Assembly: GCA_010093815.1 (NCBI GenBank) | Contig: ML996585.1 | Reading direction: 5' to 3' (one strand) | DNA length: 64,000 nucleotides | DNA from: Pseudovirgaria hyperparasitica | Taxonomy: Eukaryota | In this document: one piece after another, positions 35,717 to 48,435 of the stretch | How positions within the stretch are numbered: the first letter of the stretch is position 1 | Layout of the letters: the number at the start of each line of letters is the position of its first letter | Position numbers and translations under genes: made by a program | The notes under the pieces: generated by a model | Told to the model about the DNA's origin: nothing | What the model saw: only the letters and a program-made list of their open reading frames with translations | Database searches by the model: none

Positions 35717-35856
35717 TGTAAGGAGGCGGGCTCCACGCACCAACCAACTACACCAAAAGGACCGAATCTTGAAGCTACTACTTCAAGGGTGGAGCACACT
35801 ACTTATATACGACTACTGCACACATGTATAATCAACTAGCAGGCACGTGCCTGACA
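35717..35856 (-). mobile_element. Solo LTR (140 bp) of the TRIM LTR family, almost free of RIP
   Basis: TGTAAGGAGGCGGGCTCC...GTGCCTGACA with TSD GTATA at 35712-35716 and 35857-35861. Retains many CpA/TpG dinucleotides. Confidence 0.92.
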
Positions 35857-36808
35857 GTATACCTAATTATTCGTAAGTAGTGGCTAGTAGCTACCATATC
35901 TCTAAATATTTACTTAAGTAACTTAAGGTAAGATAGACCTTTACGTCTAAACCTTCTATAATCCTTATACTTAGCGAAGTATCTATCTATAGCCTTAGAA
36001 TCCGTCTAGTATATCCCTAGTCTATTACTCTACTACCATCCTAATAGCGCGTTTAGGTGCTTATTCTATAGCTTAAAGGCTTTCTTCTAGGTACCGAACT
36101 TCGACTTTAGTATCGCGGTAGTTAACTTAAATAGTAAGTCCTTTTCTATCTCTATTTCTATAGCTATCTATATAGTCTTTAGAAAGGTTCTACCACTACT
36201 TTAAAGGCTAAGTTTCCTTAATAGAAAATTATAGAACTAGACCTTAATCGCCGGTGTCGTCTATATCCGCCCTTTATATTTTAGTTTCCCTCTACTAGAT
36301 ACTACCCTCTTTAGTAAAGAGATAGACACCTATAGATCTATAGTATTACTCCGCCTATATTTTAAACTAGATAATAAAGAGTTAGATAGTAATTAAATAG
36401 TATTAGTAGATAAGGGCACGTTAGAGTCCTTACTACTATCTAGTTACTACTTATATAAAAGTATACTTTTTAGTTTCTTAATAGATTTAGATGATTTAGT
36501 ACTTATAGACGATTTATCTACTAGTAGTAGAGGGTTAATAACGTCGTTAGGCGTATATATTACTATTTTTATACCTTAACTTAGTATATAAAGGTATGAC
36601 TTTATTTTTAAGGTTAGAGGTATAGTATATATACTACCCCGCCTTAAGGTTATATTACTAACTAATTACTAAGTAAGCTAACCTTTAGCCAGATTTCAAA
36701 TACCCAGTCGCTCTAGAGGTTAAACTAATATAAGACTATTAACGGGTGGCATACGGACGCCGTCTATACACTAGTAAATAAGGTTTTTTTAAAGGTTAAA
36801 AATCGACG

Positions 36809-36827
36809 TGAGTTTTCAAACACCCCC
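36809..36827 (-). repeat. Right TIR of the Harbinger element
   Basis: TGAGTTTTCAAACACCCCC followed by TAA. Confidence 0.92.
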
Positions 36828-38229
36828 TAATTATTATGTGATCCATCATGCGGACAAAATGTCGTGGTCGTCGTCTTCGGATTGACCGGGGTCCGAGTTT
36901 AGGGGGAAAAGAGAGGCTTGGAAGGAAGGGGGCGTGAACGGGTCGTGAACGGACTGTGTGTAGTAGTAGGCAGGGCAATAGTCAACGTTGACGCCACAGA
37001 ACAGCTTCGGTCGATTTAGGATGGTTGTGCGGTAGGTATGTATGGTGATGTGTTATTTATAGTGGTGGATGAATGGCAAGAGTATATGTACAAAGAACAC
37101 TGAGGTCGTAGAGGCGTGACGCACGGGCAGACAATTAATTAAGATACTTGATCCTCCCAATGCAATGCAGCTCGTTGTCGTGGTCAAGAATGAAGATGAA
37201 TGACACAGTGGGCCGGATGGAAGGTTGGAAGCCAGAATAATTGGGCCAGGCTTGACTGCATATAGTTTGGCTGGTGGGACATGGCGCGGAGGATGGCGAG
37301 ATGCGATTGGACAGGGCGAAATTGCATCAACTGTCTCTCTCTCCGGCTTATTAGTTGGAGTCGAGGCGAGTTGAGTGTTCGAGTGTCGCCTGGGAACTGT
37401 TGGAAGAAAAGAAAGAGGCGGCTGGCAGGGGAGGAGGAGGCAGCTGGGATTGCGGCTTTGGGGGGGGGCGTTTCTATGCCCATTGCCCGCCTATTAGCTG
37501 CCACTTTAGGGGGCGACGGTATACAACATACCTGCCTGTGCACTGTCGAATACGCCCACGCACGGCAGTCAACCCTACTTACTACACACCCACACTGTGT
37601 CACATCCACACACACACCACACACTCTCACACTCTCTCTCTCTCACATCTCCCTCACACACTCTCTCCCTCCCTCCTACATCCTCGTCCATTCACTCTTT
37701 TCGCTCTCTTCTGCTTTGCTACTTGCTTTGTTCCATAACACACATCTCTACTGCTTCTGCTTCTTTGCACAGTCACTCGTTATTCAACAACATCACTCAG
37801 AAAGAAGATTCCCTTCTTTCCACTACTGCGCCTCGCTCGGCCACGCTTCTTTCTGTCCATCTGCAGCTACTACCACCACTACCTAGACACGCTATCGCTT
37901 TCTCCCTTAGGCCACGTCTAAAATCGCTGTCTTTTCCCGCTGCCGATCACCACCACCACTCGCTTTTTTCGCTTTACTTGCTTTGCTCCTTCACTCCAAT
38001 CGCCCGCCCCTGCCTTCACACGCTAATTCACTCCCTCCTTCTAGAGCGGCAGTCCGTCATGTACTGCTGCTGTTCACTGTCCTTCTGATCCGACTGTCCT
38101 TCTTCGTCCCTCTCCCACCACCCCACGAGTGCGACGACAGGCCTACACCACTTTACCACGGTAGAGTTGGTAACCCTCCATCATTTCTTCTCCCTCTCGC
38201 CGCCTCCATTGTCGTCCGGACATTGGGCC

Positions 38230-41200
38230 ATGAGGAAGCTCTCCTCGCGCCTGGCCTCCAGGTCGGCCTACTTTGCGACTACGACTCTAATATCCATCAT
38301 CGCCCTATCCTCTCTTCTCGCCTCGCCCGTCGCCGCCTTCAACTTCACGCCCGCGCCCTCGTCGAACCTCAGACTCGATACCCTCGGTCGTGTTGCCTTC
38401 GCCGGTGACTTTGACGGTCTATCGCTCTTCCAATACCTCGAGCAGAATGAAGACAGCTACTATACAAACGGCTCGCAGTCGCTGCTGTCGCGCTTCCCCA
38501 ATGGCGCCTTTGCCTCCATCTCGCTCGCCGATGCGCACATCAAGGCTATGTGTCCATACTTTATAAACGGTGAATTGCAAGGTCTGGTCGTCGGTGGCAA
38601 CTTTACCAGCGTCGGAGGCATCAACTCGCAGGGCGTCGCGAACATCAACGTAGACACTGGCGAAGTCACTCCTCTTCCAGGCTTGTCGGGGAAGGTCGCT
38701 GCGCTATACTGCGATGACGATTCTGGCTACGTCTATGTTGGTGGTGAGTTCCAAGGTCTGAATTCGACAAACGCCATCATCTGGACCGGTCAATGGACGA
38801 ATATGCCTTTCCAGGGCTTCAACAAACCAGTCACCTCCATCATAAAAGCTTCAAACGGCAACTTTATCTTTGGTGGTGCTTTTGACGGTCTTGGAAACAA
38901 CAGTACTGGCACAAAGAAGAACGATACCCAGGTCATTCCAGTCGCGTCCGGTCAAGTCACTGCCACGAATTCCATCCAGCGCGACGGCTTTGGCGATCCT
39001 CGCAACATCATCTGTAAGACTGCAGATTCTGATGGTTCTGGAAACACTTGGCTTGCGGCCGACAACTCGCCCGCTACCTGGCAAGACAACTTCCGTTTTG
39101 GCTTCCAGCCATCGCTGCTTCGTCTGTACAATACCAAGATCGAGGGACGAGGGACAAAGACATGGCGTTACACTGCTCTGCCTGACACCGGCATCATGAA
39201 CTTTACATACATTAATAAAGACGGCGAACGGGCTTACTGTGACGCCACCTGCCCTCTCCCGGAAGGGAACACGACCGCCCAGGACTTTGAATTTGTCAAC
39301 ACCATTGGCATGAATGGCTTCCGTATCGACATCTCCGACTGGTATGGCCCTGGCGCCGGCCTCGCTGGGATAGAGCTGTTCCAGGACGACATTTATTCTT
39401 ACGCCATCAGCAGCTTCAACGAGCCTCAATGCGACGACGTCAGTCCCGCCGCTGCCACCGCCACTGTCACAGGCCCCTGGCTAGTCTCCCCCTCAAACGC
39501 CAACACCAATTCCGACTATCTGTCCATCCGAGTCAACGACACCATCTCTGAACAGTCCGCCGCCGGTGTCAGTGTCCAGTTCAAGCCAAACCTCGAACAG
39601 TCTGGAAACTATTCAATCAAGCTCTACACCCCGGGATGTATCCAGGACAACACTTGTAGCTTCCGTGGTCGCGTCTCAGTCTCCGCCAACACTGGCTCTG
39701 ACACGCCCGTTACTGCTGAGCTTGCGCAGACGAACAACTATGACAAGTATGACGAAATCTTCAACGGCTTCATCGATGCCAGCTCCCAGCCTTCCCTTAC
39801 TCTATCGCCAACTGCTGGTCAGACTCCTAACCTGGGATATCTTGTCTTTGTCGCACAGCGCGTACGATTCGAACTGATTGCGGCATCGACTGGAGATCTG
39901 CAAGGATTGTTCGAGTACAACCCCAATCAACAAACTGTCGATATCAACAAACTAGACTCTTCCGCTATCAACAGAGCCGGACAAGGTCTCACTAACGGTG
40001 CCATCGTAAAGGAGCTTGCCATTCAAGGCGATGATACGTTTGTTGGCGGTAACTTCACGTCCGATGCCTTTAGCAACATCTTCAAGATCAGCGGCGGCAA
40101 TGCTACGAGTCTCTCGCAAGGCGGTCTGAACAACGAGGTCATGACCTTCTACCACGATGATACCCGGCTATTTGTTGGTGGCAACTTTACTGCTACACGA
40201 AACGGTGGCACGGCTGGACTGAACGGCATCGCCCTTTACTCCATCAACGACGACTCTTGGACTGCCCTTGGCTCAGGTGTCGACGGCATAGTGCAGTCCA
40301 TCCTGCCACTGCCTCTCAATCTTACCGGGGACCAGCCAGAGACATGCATTGCCGTCAGTGGTCTCTTCTCTAGTGTATTTGCTTTCAGCAACAACGCCGC
40401 ATTTGATGCTCAGGGCTTTGCCATCTGGGTTCCTTCCGTCTCAAACTGGCTACACAATACCGACTTTGCGACAATCTCGTTACAGGGACGCCTCGACACC
40501 ATGGCCAACGTTCCCAATTCGTCCCCATTCTATTCCGGCTCCGTGTCTTCCCAGGCACTTGCTGCGTCCGGCGCTGTCGGCCTCCGCGATTCAGATGGTT
40601 TACAGCTACAACAACTGCCGTTCCGTCTGCACCCAACACCTTCTTCTCAGCAAGCTTCGCGCAAGAGAGCTGCCACCATCAACGGATTGAATGTCACGGG
40701 CGCTGCTACCGGCCTCATCTATGAAGAAAACGATCTGAATTACACCATCATCGCTGGAAATTTCAACGCTCAAGTCGATGGCACCAACATCACAAACATC
40801 CTCATAGTCAACGGAACAGACTCTGTCACGGGTTTGCATGACGAACTTCCGTCGGAATCTACCTTTGTGACGGTCGGCATTCAAGACAGGAACGGCGCCG
40901 CTCTACTTTTCGCCGGCGGTAGTGTTACTGGAACAGTAAACAACGACAATGTCAACGGTCTTGTCATCTACGATCTTCGCGCCGCAAAGCTTCACGACCC
41001 CCAGCCTGAAGGTCTGACTGCCAATGACAACGAGGCTGTCGTTCATGCAGTTGCTGTTCAAACCAACAGTGCGGATGTTTATGTTGCCGGTGACTTTGAA
41101 AGCGCCGGCTCACTTGCTTGTCCTTCAGTCTGTGTATACAGCACTGACCTCAATCAATGGAATCGTCCTGGCGATGGTATCGGAGGCTCTGTCTCGGTCA

Positions 41201-41946
41201 TGCAATGGACAACGGACACCGTGCTCATCATGGGTGGAAACATGACTTCCGGATCAAACAGGACTACCATGGTCACTTACGATACTACAAGCCGAGTCTT
41301 TACCTCTTTCCCTGGCGCAGATGCCATGCCCGGCCCGGTCACCTCACTAAGCGCAGCCAATGCCGATCGAACTCAATTCTGGGCTGGCGGCACGGCATTG
41401 AATGGGTCTGCCTTTCTACAAAAGTATGATGGTAGTCAATGGCAGTCGATCAGTCATCTCCTTGGCGAGAACACGGTCATCAGTGCGCTCCAAGTCATGC
41501 CGTTGACCGATGACCACGACAACAATGACCTGATGGAAGGCAACAGAGCCCTTCTCGTCATGGGCCAGCTCAACGTTCCCAACTACGGCAACGCTTCATC
41601 CGCCCTCTACGATGGCAGAACCTTTACTCCCTTTATCATCTCATCGAGCTCGCGCAACACTGGTGGAATCATCAGCCATGCCTTTGTGCAAAGAGATGAC
41701 TTCTTCACCAGCGACGACGGGCACCTTGCTGTTGGTTTCGTTGTGTTGATTGCGCTTGCCATAGCTCTTGGTCTAATCGCTCTGATCGTACTTGCTGGCA
41801 TTGTTGCTGAGCGCTGGCGTCGGAGGCGGGACGGCTACATGCCTGCCAACCAGAACATGATGAGTGGTGCCGGCAACATGGATCGCATCAGGCCAGAGGC
41901 TCTCTTTGGTACACTCTCGAAGAAAGATCCCTCACCGAGGATATGA
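38230..41946 (+). CDS. RAX2: Cell polarity / bud-site selection membrane protein Rax2
   Basis: About 1240-aa intronless ORF with a signal peptide, GRVAFAGDFDGLSLF, repeated VGGNFT/GGxF beta-propeller motifs, and a C-terminal TM GFVVLIALAIALGLIALIVLAGIV followed by a basic tail. Likely start MRKLSSR. Confidence 0.88.
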   Translation: MRKLSSRLASRSAYFATTTLISIIALSSLLASPVAAFNFTPAPSSNLRLDTLGRVAFAGDFDGLSLFQYLEQNEDSYYTNGSQSLLSRFPNGAFASISLADAHIKAMCPYFINGELQGLVVGGNFTSVGGINSQGVANINVDTGEVTPLPGLSGKVAALYCDDDSGYVYVGGEFQGLNSTNAIIWTGQWTNMPFQGFNKPVTSIIKASNGNFIFGGAFDGLGNNSTGTKKNDTQVIPVASGQVTATNSIQRDGFGDPRNIICKTADSDGSGNTWLAADNSPATWQDNFRFGFQPSLLRLYNTKIEGRGTKTWRYTALPDTGIMNFTYINKDGERAYCDATCPLPEGNTTAQDFEFVNTIGMNGFRIDISDWYGPGAGLAGIELFQDDIYSYAISSFNEPQCDDVSPAAATATVTGPWLVSPSNANTNSDYLSIRVNDTISEQSAAGVSVQFKPNLEQSGNYSIKLYTPGCIQDNTCSFRGRVSVSANTGSDTPVTAELAQTNNYDKYDEIFNGFIDASSQPSLTLSPTAGQTPNLGYLVFVAQRVRFELIAASTGDLQGLFEYNPNQQTVDINKLDSSAINRAGQGLTNGAIVKELAIQGDDTFVGGNFTSDAFSNIFKISGGNATSLSQGGLNNEVMTFYHDDTRLFVGGNFTATRNGGTAGLNGIALYSINDDSWTALGSGVDGIVQSILPLPLNLTGDQPETCIAVSGLFSSVFAFSNNAAFDAQGFAIWVPSVSNWLHNTDFATISLQGRLDTMANVPNSSPFYSGSVSSQALAASGAVGLRDSDGLQLQQLPFRLHPTPSSQQASRKRAATINGLNVTGAATGLIYEENDLNYTIIAGNFNAQVDGTNITNILIVNGTDSVTGLHDELPSESTFVTVGIQDRNGAALLFAGGSVTGTVNNDNVNGLVIYDLRAAKLHDPQPEGLTANDNEAVVHAVAVQTNSADVYVAGDFESAGSLACPSVCVYSTDLNQWNRPGDGIGGSVSVMQWTTDTVLIMGGNMTSGSNRTTMVTYDTTSRVFTSFPGADAMPGPVTSLSAANADRTQFWAGGTALNGSAFLQKYDGSQWQSISHLLGENTVISALQVMPLTDDHDNNDLMEGNRALLVMGQLNVPNYGNASSALYDGRTFTPFIISSSSRNTGGIISHAFVQRDDFFTSDDGHLAVGFVVLIALAIALGLIALIVLAGIVAERWRRRRDGYMPANQNMMSGAGNMDRIRPEALFGTLSKKDPSPRI

Positions 41947-43327
41947 GATGCTCAGCTCTATCAACTGTTCGATGAGCGACTACACACAAAAGGGATAAGG
42001 GCGTTTTTGGTTCTCTTTTTTTTTTAGCGCAACGCGCTGTTTTCCATTTTCTCCCTGTGCATCTTTGTGATGATCATGGGTCTGGGAGGGCATCTGCTGG
42101 CGTTTCCGTTTTCAAGACTTCTACGGAAGCTCTCGACGAGTTTTCCCCCAACTCGTCTTTTCGACAACATTCCTCTTACACTGTTCTGGCCCTGCAAACA
42201 TGCAATACTCCCCCTTGTATATTTTCCTTTTCTCTTCTTTTCGCATCATCTCCTGCTGCAAAGCAAACCCTTTTATAACTGTAACGGGCTAGTGGCAACC
42301 CGATACGGTGTCAGTTGTTCGTTTGTGTGTCTGGTCGCTGATACCACTGATGCGCCACACTTAATGTGTACTTCACTCTTGAGAACTGGGGAGGGAGAGG
42401 TGCAGAGTTGTAAATAGCCCTTGTTTATTACGTAGAACTGCAATTGTGTCTGCATTGGAGGCATCATTACAGATGCAGGCCAGGAGAAGCTGGACGTAGG
42501 AAGTAGGGGGGGGGGAATAGGGAATGTGAAATGAAAGAGAAAATTAATACATGACGTGTACTATCGTGACGAGTACTAAGTACTAATAATTAACCCAGAA
42601 CGGTTCACGTTTGAAAACGTATGAATGACATCTGGCTTCATGTCCCTGTTGTGTTTCGAGCTCGGGCTACTGGAACACCAACTGTGTCCTCTTTCCATCA
42701 CGGGTGTCAGCGGATACAGTATGTGATGATAGACAAGGACTGCTTTGTGCTTTGTTGGCCAGTACTAAGAATTACTGCTATTAATTAGCGAGATGAATCG
42801 CCGCATTAACAAAGACCTGATCATAAGAATGCAGCTAAGCTGGAAGCGGGCGTAATCCATAAACCTGGGCCAGTAATAGCTTCTGCTTCCATGTGCTTCC
42901 AAAGCAGGCTTCGGCAACTACTGACAGTATGACTACGAGTTTGCAAGAGAAAGTAATGATTTTCATGGTGAATTGATGTGAGCCCGACGACACCGTGCTT
43001 TGGTAGAATGTTTATTGCTATGAGAAGCCTTTTCACTCACTGATGTTCTAAACATTTAACAGAAGAGAGTGTGGTTTGGTATAATAACTACTATGTACCG
43101 TTGCTGAGGGGAAGGAACCAGGGATCATTGAGTGGAAAGCTTGGCGTAGCCGACGCCGAAAGCTATCGCGAACTGGACACCTGTCTACTACATTCCGGGT
43201 CCGCACAACTTAATCTACTATTAAATCCGCCCAGCCACCCAAGATCAATCCTTCTGATCTCCATATCTTCCTCTTTGGACATCTCCCCTACTATCGTCTC
43301 GTTACATAGTAGACGATTGCCTGCAAG

Positions 43328-45246
43328 ATGAGGTTTCAATCTGCTCTCTCTACTGCTCTGCCCGCTCTGCTTCTTGCAGGCGGTGCTCATGCAGAGGACC
43401 TGGAGGACAAGGTCGCCGACGCTGCCTCATCCGTCTCCTCGGCAGCTGAGTCTGCGTCTGCGTCAATCGTCTCCAAGCCGACGTTCACCGTAAGTTATTG
43501 ATTAATGCTCACCTGTCCTATGGCGCACAATCCCAAGTACTAAATACCGGCCGCCAGCCTACCGTCCTAAAAGCACCCTTCTTTGAGCAATTCACAGACG
43601 ACTGGGAGAGCCGATGGAAGCCATCGTCTGCGAAAAAGGAGAACGACAAGGAGGATTCCGAGGAGGAATGGGCCTATGTTGGTACCTGGGCAGCGGAGGA
43701 GCCTTACATCTACAAGGGAATTGAGGGAGACAAAGGTCTTGTTGTCAAGGACAAGGCCGCTCACCACGCCATCTCGGCCAAGTTCCCCAAGAAGATTGAC
43801 AACAAGGGCAAGACCCTGGTTGTGCAATACGAAGTCAAGCTCCAGAGTGAGTATTGTCATACTCCTCGTCTCCGATTCGTGCTGACAATGCGCAGATGGA
43901 CTCGACTGTGGTGGTGCCTACATGAAGCTTCTCCAAGACAACAAGGCTCTCCACGCTGAGGAATTCTCAAACGCCTCTCCTTACATCATCATGTTCGGTC
44001 CTGACAAGTGTGGTTCCACCAACAAGGTTTGTAGGAATTCGCATGTCCATTGGACCATTTTCACTAACTTGAAAAAAAAAAGGTCCACTTCATCTTCCGA
44101 CACAAGAACCCCAAGACTGGTGAATACGAGGAGAAGCACTTGAAGAGTTCTCCGTCAGCCAAGATTGTCAAGACCACCTCCCTCTACACCCTATACGTCA
44201 AGCCCGACCAGTCTTTCCAGATCCTGATTGATGGCGAATCGGTCAAGAACGGAACTCTTCTTGAGGACTTCAAGCCCTCCGTCAACCCTGAGAAGGAGAT
44301 TGATGACCCCAAGGACTCCAAGCCCGACACTTGGGTTGACGAGGCTCGTATTCCTGACCCAGAGGCCACCAAGCCCGAGGATTGGGACGAGGAGGCTCCT
44401 TACGAGATTGTTGACGAGGAGGCTGAGAAGCCTGAGGACTGGCTTGAAGATGAGCCCCTTACTGTTCCTGACCCAGAGGCCGAGAAGCCCGAGGACTGGG
44501 ATGATGAGGAGGATGGTGACTGGGAAGCCCCCAAGGTCCAGAACCCCAAGTGCCAGGAAGCATCGGGTTGTGGCAAGTGGGAATCACCTATGAAGAAGAA
44601 TCCTGAATACAAGGGCAAGTGGACTGCCCCGTACATTGACAACCCGGCCTACAAGGGTGTCTGGGCTCCCCGCAAGATCAAGAACCCCGACTACTTCGAG
44701 GACAAGGCCCCGGCCAACTTTGAGCCCATGGGTGCTATCGGTTTTGAACTCTGGACAATGTCCAACGACATCCTATTTGACAACATCTACATCGGACACT
44801 CTATTGAAGACGCCGAAAAACTGAAGGCGGAGACCTTTGACATCAAGATTGCCTCGGAGAAGGCTGAAGAGGAGGCTAACAAGCCCAAGGTCGAGCCTCC
44901 TGTCTCACCCTCTGATCTCAAGTTCATGGACGACCCAATTAAATATATCCAGGAGAAGGTGAACCTCTTCATCTCTATTGCCAAGGACGACCCACTCGAG
45001 GCCGTCAAGTTCGTTCCCGAAGTCGCTGGTGCCATCGGAGCCACCGTTGTGGCTCTCCTCCTCGCCATTGTCTCTCTATTCGCCTCCGGTGCTGCGCCCT
45101 CGAAGCAGCAGGTCAAAGACGCTGCCAAGAAGGCTCAGGACACCGCAAAGGACGCAAAGGACAAGACTGCTTCAGCGGTGGCATCTGGCGCAGAGACTGC
45201 AAAGGCAGAGCTCAACAAGCGCACTACCCGCTCGACCGCCTCGTAG
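43328..45246 (+). CDS. CNE1: Calnexin (ER lectin chaperone), 4 exons
   Basis: Signal peptide [62 protein letters not shown]-domain repeats [21 protein letters not shown], and a C-terminal TM. Confidence 0.96.
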
Positions 45247-45768
45247 GACGTGCAGCAGGCATTAATTGGGGAGAGATGAGTTATTTAACTGCGCGAGAGA
45301 GAGAGAGAGGAGGATATAAGACACAGGCGGCTTGGGGTATATTAACGTGGAAGTGAGCATGCATTTAAAACCTATTACCTGACTACTGTCTTCGGGCAGG
45401 TGCATCATTTTGGAGTGTCTGGGTGCTAAGGGTCTTGTATGATAGCGCATTGTTGTCCCCTTTTCCGAAATACAGTACACATCCTTACGGCCCTAAAGTG
45501 TGGTGAAGTCACGTGCGATCGGTGAGTGCGGCTGTCATCGGCATATGGGACCTCGGGACGTCTATATGTAATTACATCTAAACCCCACACATCGACGTAC
45601 TGGCTGGCCAGAGCGATAGCGGACACTCAGCCGACTGTCCCCACGCTACTATATGCTATTCGCGATCTTCGGTGCAGACGCAGATACTAATACGTACTGC
45701 TAGTCAATTGGTCGCTTTCTGTTGTGCCTTGCGCACTCTTCTCTTCCCTTTCTCTCTTTGCTTCGACA

Positions 45769-47625
45769 ATGATGGCTGCTCGTCGAGCTGCTGCACGAAC
45801 AATAGCCTCTCTCAGCCCGCGTACATCCATTCACCCTCGTCGAGCTATCTTATCCGCCAGAATGACTGCTCCGTCCAGCTCTTCGACTGCCAGTGGAGCT
45901 CGTCGTCTCCATGCAACGGCAAACCAGCTTCAACCGGCCGGCACAAGTACTGCTCCCTCGACCGCCAGCTCCTACCCGACCTCGCACGAACAGATCCAGT
46001 CTCCAAAAGACACGACGAACTTTATCGACAACCAATTTGTCGAGTCAAAGGCTACACAGTGGATCGACCTCCACGACCCCGCCACAAATAACCTGGTGAC
46101 TCGTGTTCCACAGTCGACGGATGAAGAGCTAAAGGCGGCTGTGGAGAGCGCCTCGAAGGCGTTCCCGGGGTGGAAGGGGACCAGTCTGCTTGCCAGACAG
46201 CAGATTATGTTCAAGTTTGTGGGCTTGATCCGCGAGCACTGGGACAGACTGGCTGCCAGCATCACGCTTGAGCAGGGCAAGACGGTTGCAGACGCCAAGG
46301 GTGACGTGCTCCGTGGTCTACAGGTCGCTGAGACTGCGTGTGGCATCACGACGCAGATGACGGGAGAGGTGCTCGAGGTTGCAAAGGACATGGAGACGAG
46401 GAGCTATCGAGAACCATTGGGCGTTGTTGCTGCCATCTGCCCATTCAGTGAGTGGACTTCACCCAGCGCGGTCGCTACGTATGAAAGGGCTCGACTGACA
46501 TGAATGTCCAGACTTCCCAGCCATGATTCCTCTCTGGTCTATCCCCATCGCGACCATTACCGGTAACACCCTCCTAATCAAGCCTTCCGAGCGCGACCCT
46601 GGCGCCGCCATGATATTGGCGGAATTGTGCGAGAAAGCCGGCTTCCCGCCAGGTGTGGTAAATATAATTCACGGCTCGGCCAAGACCGTCGACTTCATCA
46701 TCGACGAGCCGGCCATCAAGGCCATCTCCTTTGTCGGTAGCAACAAGGCTGGCGAGTACATCTACGCTCGCGGCTCGGCCAATGGCAAGCGCGTCCAAGC
46801 CAACCTGGGCGCAAAGAATCACGCTGCTGTCCTGCCCGACTGCAACAAGAACCACGCTTTGAACGCCATCGCTGGTGCGGCATTCGGCGCTGCTGGCCAG
46901 CGTTGCATGGCTCTCAGCACGCTTGTCCTGGTCGGCGAGACCAAGGAATGGGTTCATGATATTGCGGAGCGCGCCAAGGCACTCAGTGTGAATGGCGGCT
47001 TCGAAAAGGGTGCCGATCTCGGGCCTGTCATCAGCCCGCAGTCCAAGAAGCGGATCGAGGACCTGATCCAGAGCGCGCAGGACGAGGGCGCCGAGATCCT
47101 TCTCGACGGCCGCGGCTACAAGCCCGAGAAGTACCCCAACGGCAACTGGGTAAGTCACGCATGCGTGCTCTCCTGCGTGGAATATTCCTCACTGACGATA
47201 CATCAAAGGTCGGCCCAACCATCATCGCAAACGTAAAGCCACACATGAAGTGCTACACGGAAGAAATCTTCGGCCCCGTCCTCGTCTGCCTCAACGTGCC
47301 GACCATCGACGACGCCATCGCCACCATCAACGCAAACGAGTACGGCAACGGCGCCGCCATCTTCACCCGCTCCGGCGCCACGGCGGGGCGGTTCCAGCGC
47401 GAGATCGAGGCCGGCCAGATTGGGATCAACGTGCCCATCCCCGTGCCCTTGCCCATGTTCAGCTTCACGGGCAACAAGAAGAGCATTGCGGGCGGGGGCG
47501 CAAACACGTTTTACGGCAAGCCGGGTATGCTGTTTTATACGCAGCAGAAGACGGTCACGAGTCTCTGGCGCAGCGAGGATGCGACGAGTCAGCGCGGTGA
47601 GACGGTTATGCCGACGCAGGTTTAG
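45769..47625 (+). CDS. Mitochondrial methylmalonate-semialdehyde dehydrogenase (ALDH6 family), 3 exons
   Basis: [105 protein letters not shown]. Confidence 0.95.
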
Positions 47626-48435
47626 GGGCTGGGGTTGATGCATGTGAGTGTGTCCATATGTATATACATACATATGTGCTTCCTTCTCTTTGGGAACAAA
47701 TGAAGAAGAAGAAAAGGGAGAAACTTGTGATCTGTGTTGGATGATCGAACACGTGTGGGTGTGTAGTGTATACATGCGATGCCGTCGTGCAAAACAGACC
47801 ATCTTCTCTTCCGAACGAATTAGGATAAGACTATATATTTACCAACAGGAACACGCACGGCGCTCTGCTACCATTCCTACCATGTCTATCCCTACCACCT
47901 ACATCTACACCTACTACCACCTTGCATGTAAGACGGTAAGTAGGATACCAAAGGAGTGGTCTAGAGTGGTTGTCTATAGGTATATGTGTATATGTGTATA
48001 GTGTATGTATCTATACCCCGGAGCCACCTACACACTCCTCCTCCATCCCCCTCTTCATATCCAAACATACATTCTCGTATCCAAACGTACATTCTTGTAA
48101 GCAAATACATGTCCTGTCTTCTACATTTCTACATTCTCCTCTCCTCTTACATCCTCTTACATGTACATACCATACACCCACTCACCCACTCGTAACAAAA
48201 ACAAAAAGAAATCCTCAAAAGAAAGACATTGTATCAATCCCCCCTCTTCGATTCCCCATCCCCTACCTTCGCGTTTCCTCCTTTATAACTCCCCCCCTTA
48301 ACTCCTCCCCTCCCTTCCCGTTCCCGTTCCCCCCTTAACTCCCCTCCTTTATAACTCCGCCCTTCACCCCGTCGTAACCCCCTCTCCCATCTCCCATTTC
48401 CCATCCCCCTCCCTCTAACATCAAACATCCAACAT

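Larger units (their letters stand above)
27050..36570 (-). pseudogene. Harbinger Myb/SANT-like DNA-binding protein gene remnant, split by Gypsy element C and a solo LTR
   Basis: Minus strand ~35880-36120 de-RIPs to LKSKFGTWKKAFKLW..HL...SGW....YFAKHKD.RRFRRKGL.YL.LL.QIFGD.VATG, typical of the Harbinger ORF2/Myb_DNA-bind_3 family. It continues at 35608-35711 and 27050-27559. Ends approximate. Confidence 0.7.
16496..36827 (+). mobile_element. PIF/Harbinger DNA transposon (about 3.6 kb native) expanded to 20.3 kb by nested insertions; RIP-inactivated
   Basis: TIRs GGGGGTGTTTGAAACCTCA (16496-16514) and TGAGTTTTCAAACACCCCC (36809-36827) match at 18/19 positions. TAA flanks both sides (16493-16495, 36828-36830). 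Transposase and Myb-like remnants lie inside. The AT-rich TpA-heavy composition begins and ends at these termini. Confidence 0.92.

Noticed and set aside
16496..36827. Giant cargo-carrying transposon (Starship-like or giant Harbinger with host genes)
   Set aside because: After removing the TSD-bounded nested elements only about 3.6 kb remains, holding the two normal Harbinger genes. No tyrosine-recombinase captain or host cargo is seen.
37184..38408. Several His/Ser/Leu-rich ORFs upstream of RAX2
   Set aside because: They arise from CA/CT low-complexity promoter/5'UTR sequence and show no protein-like features.
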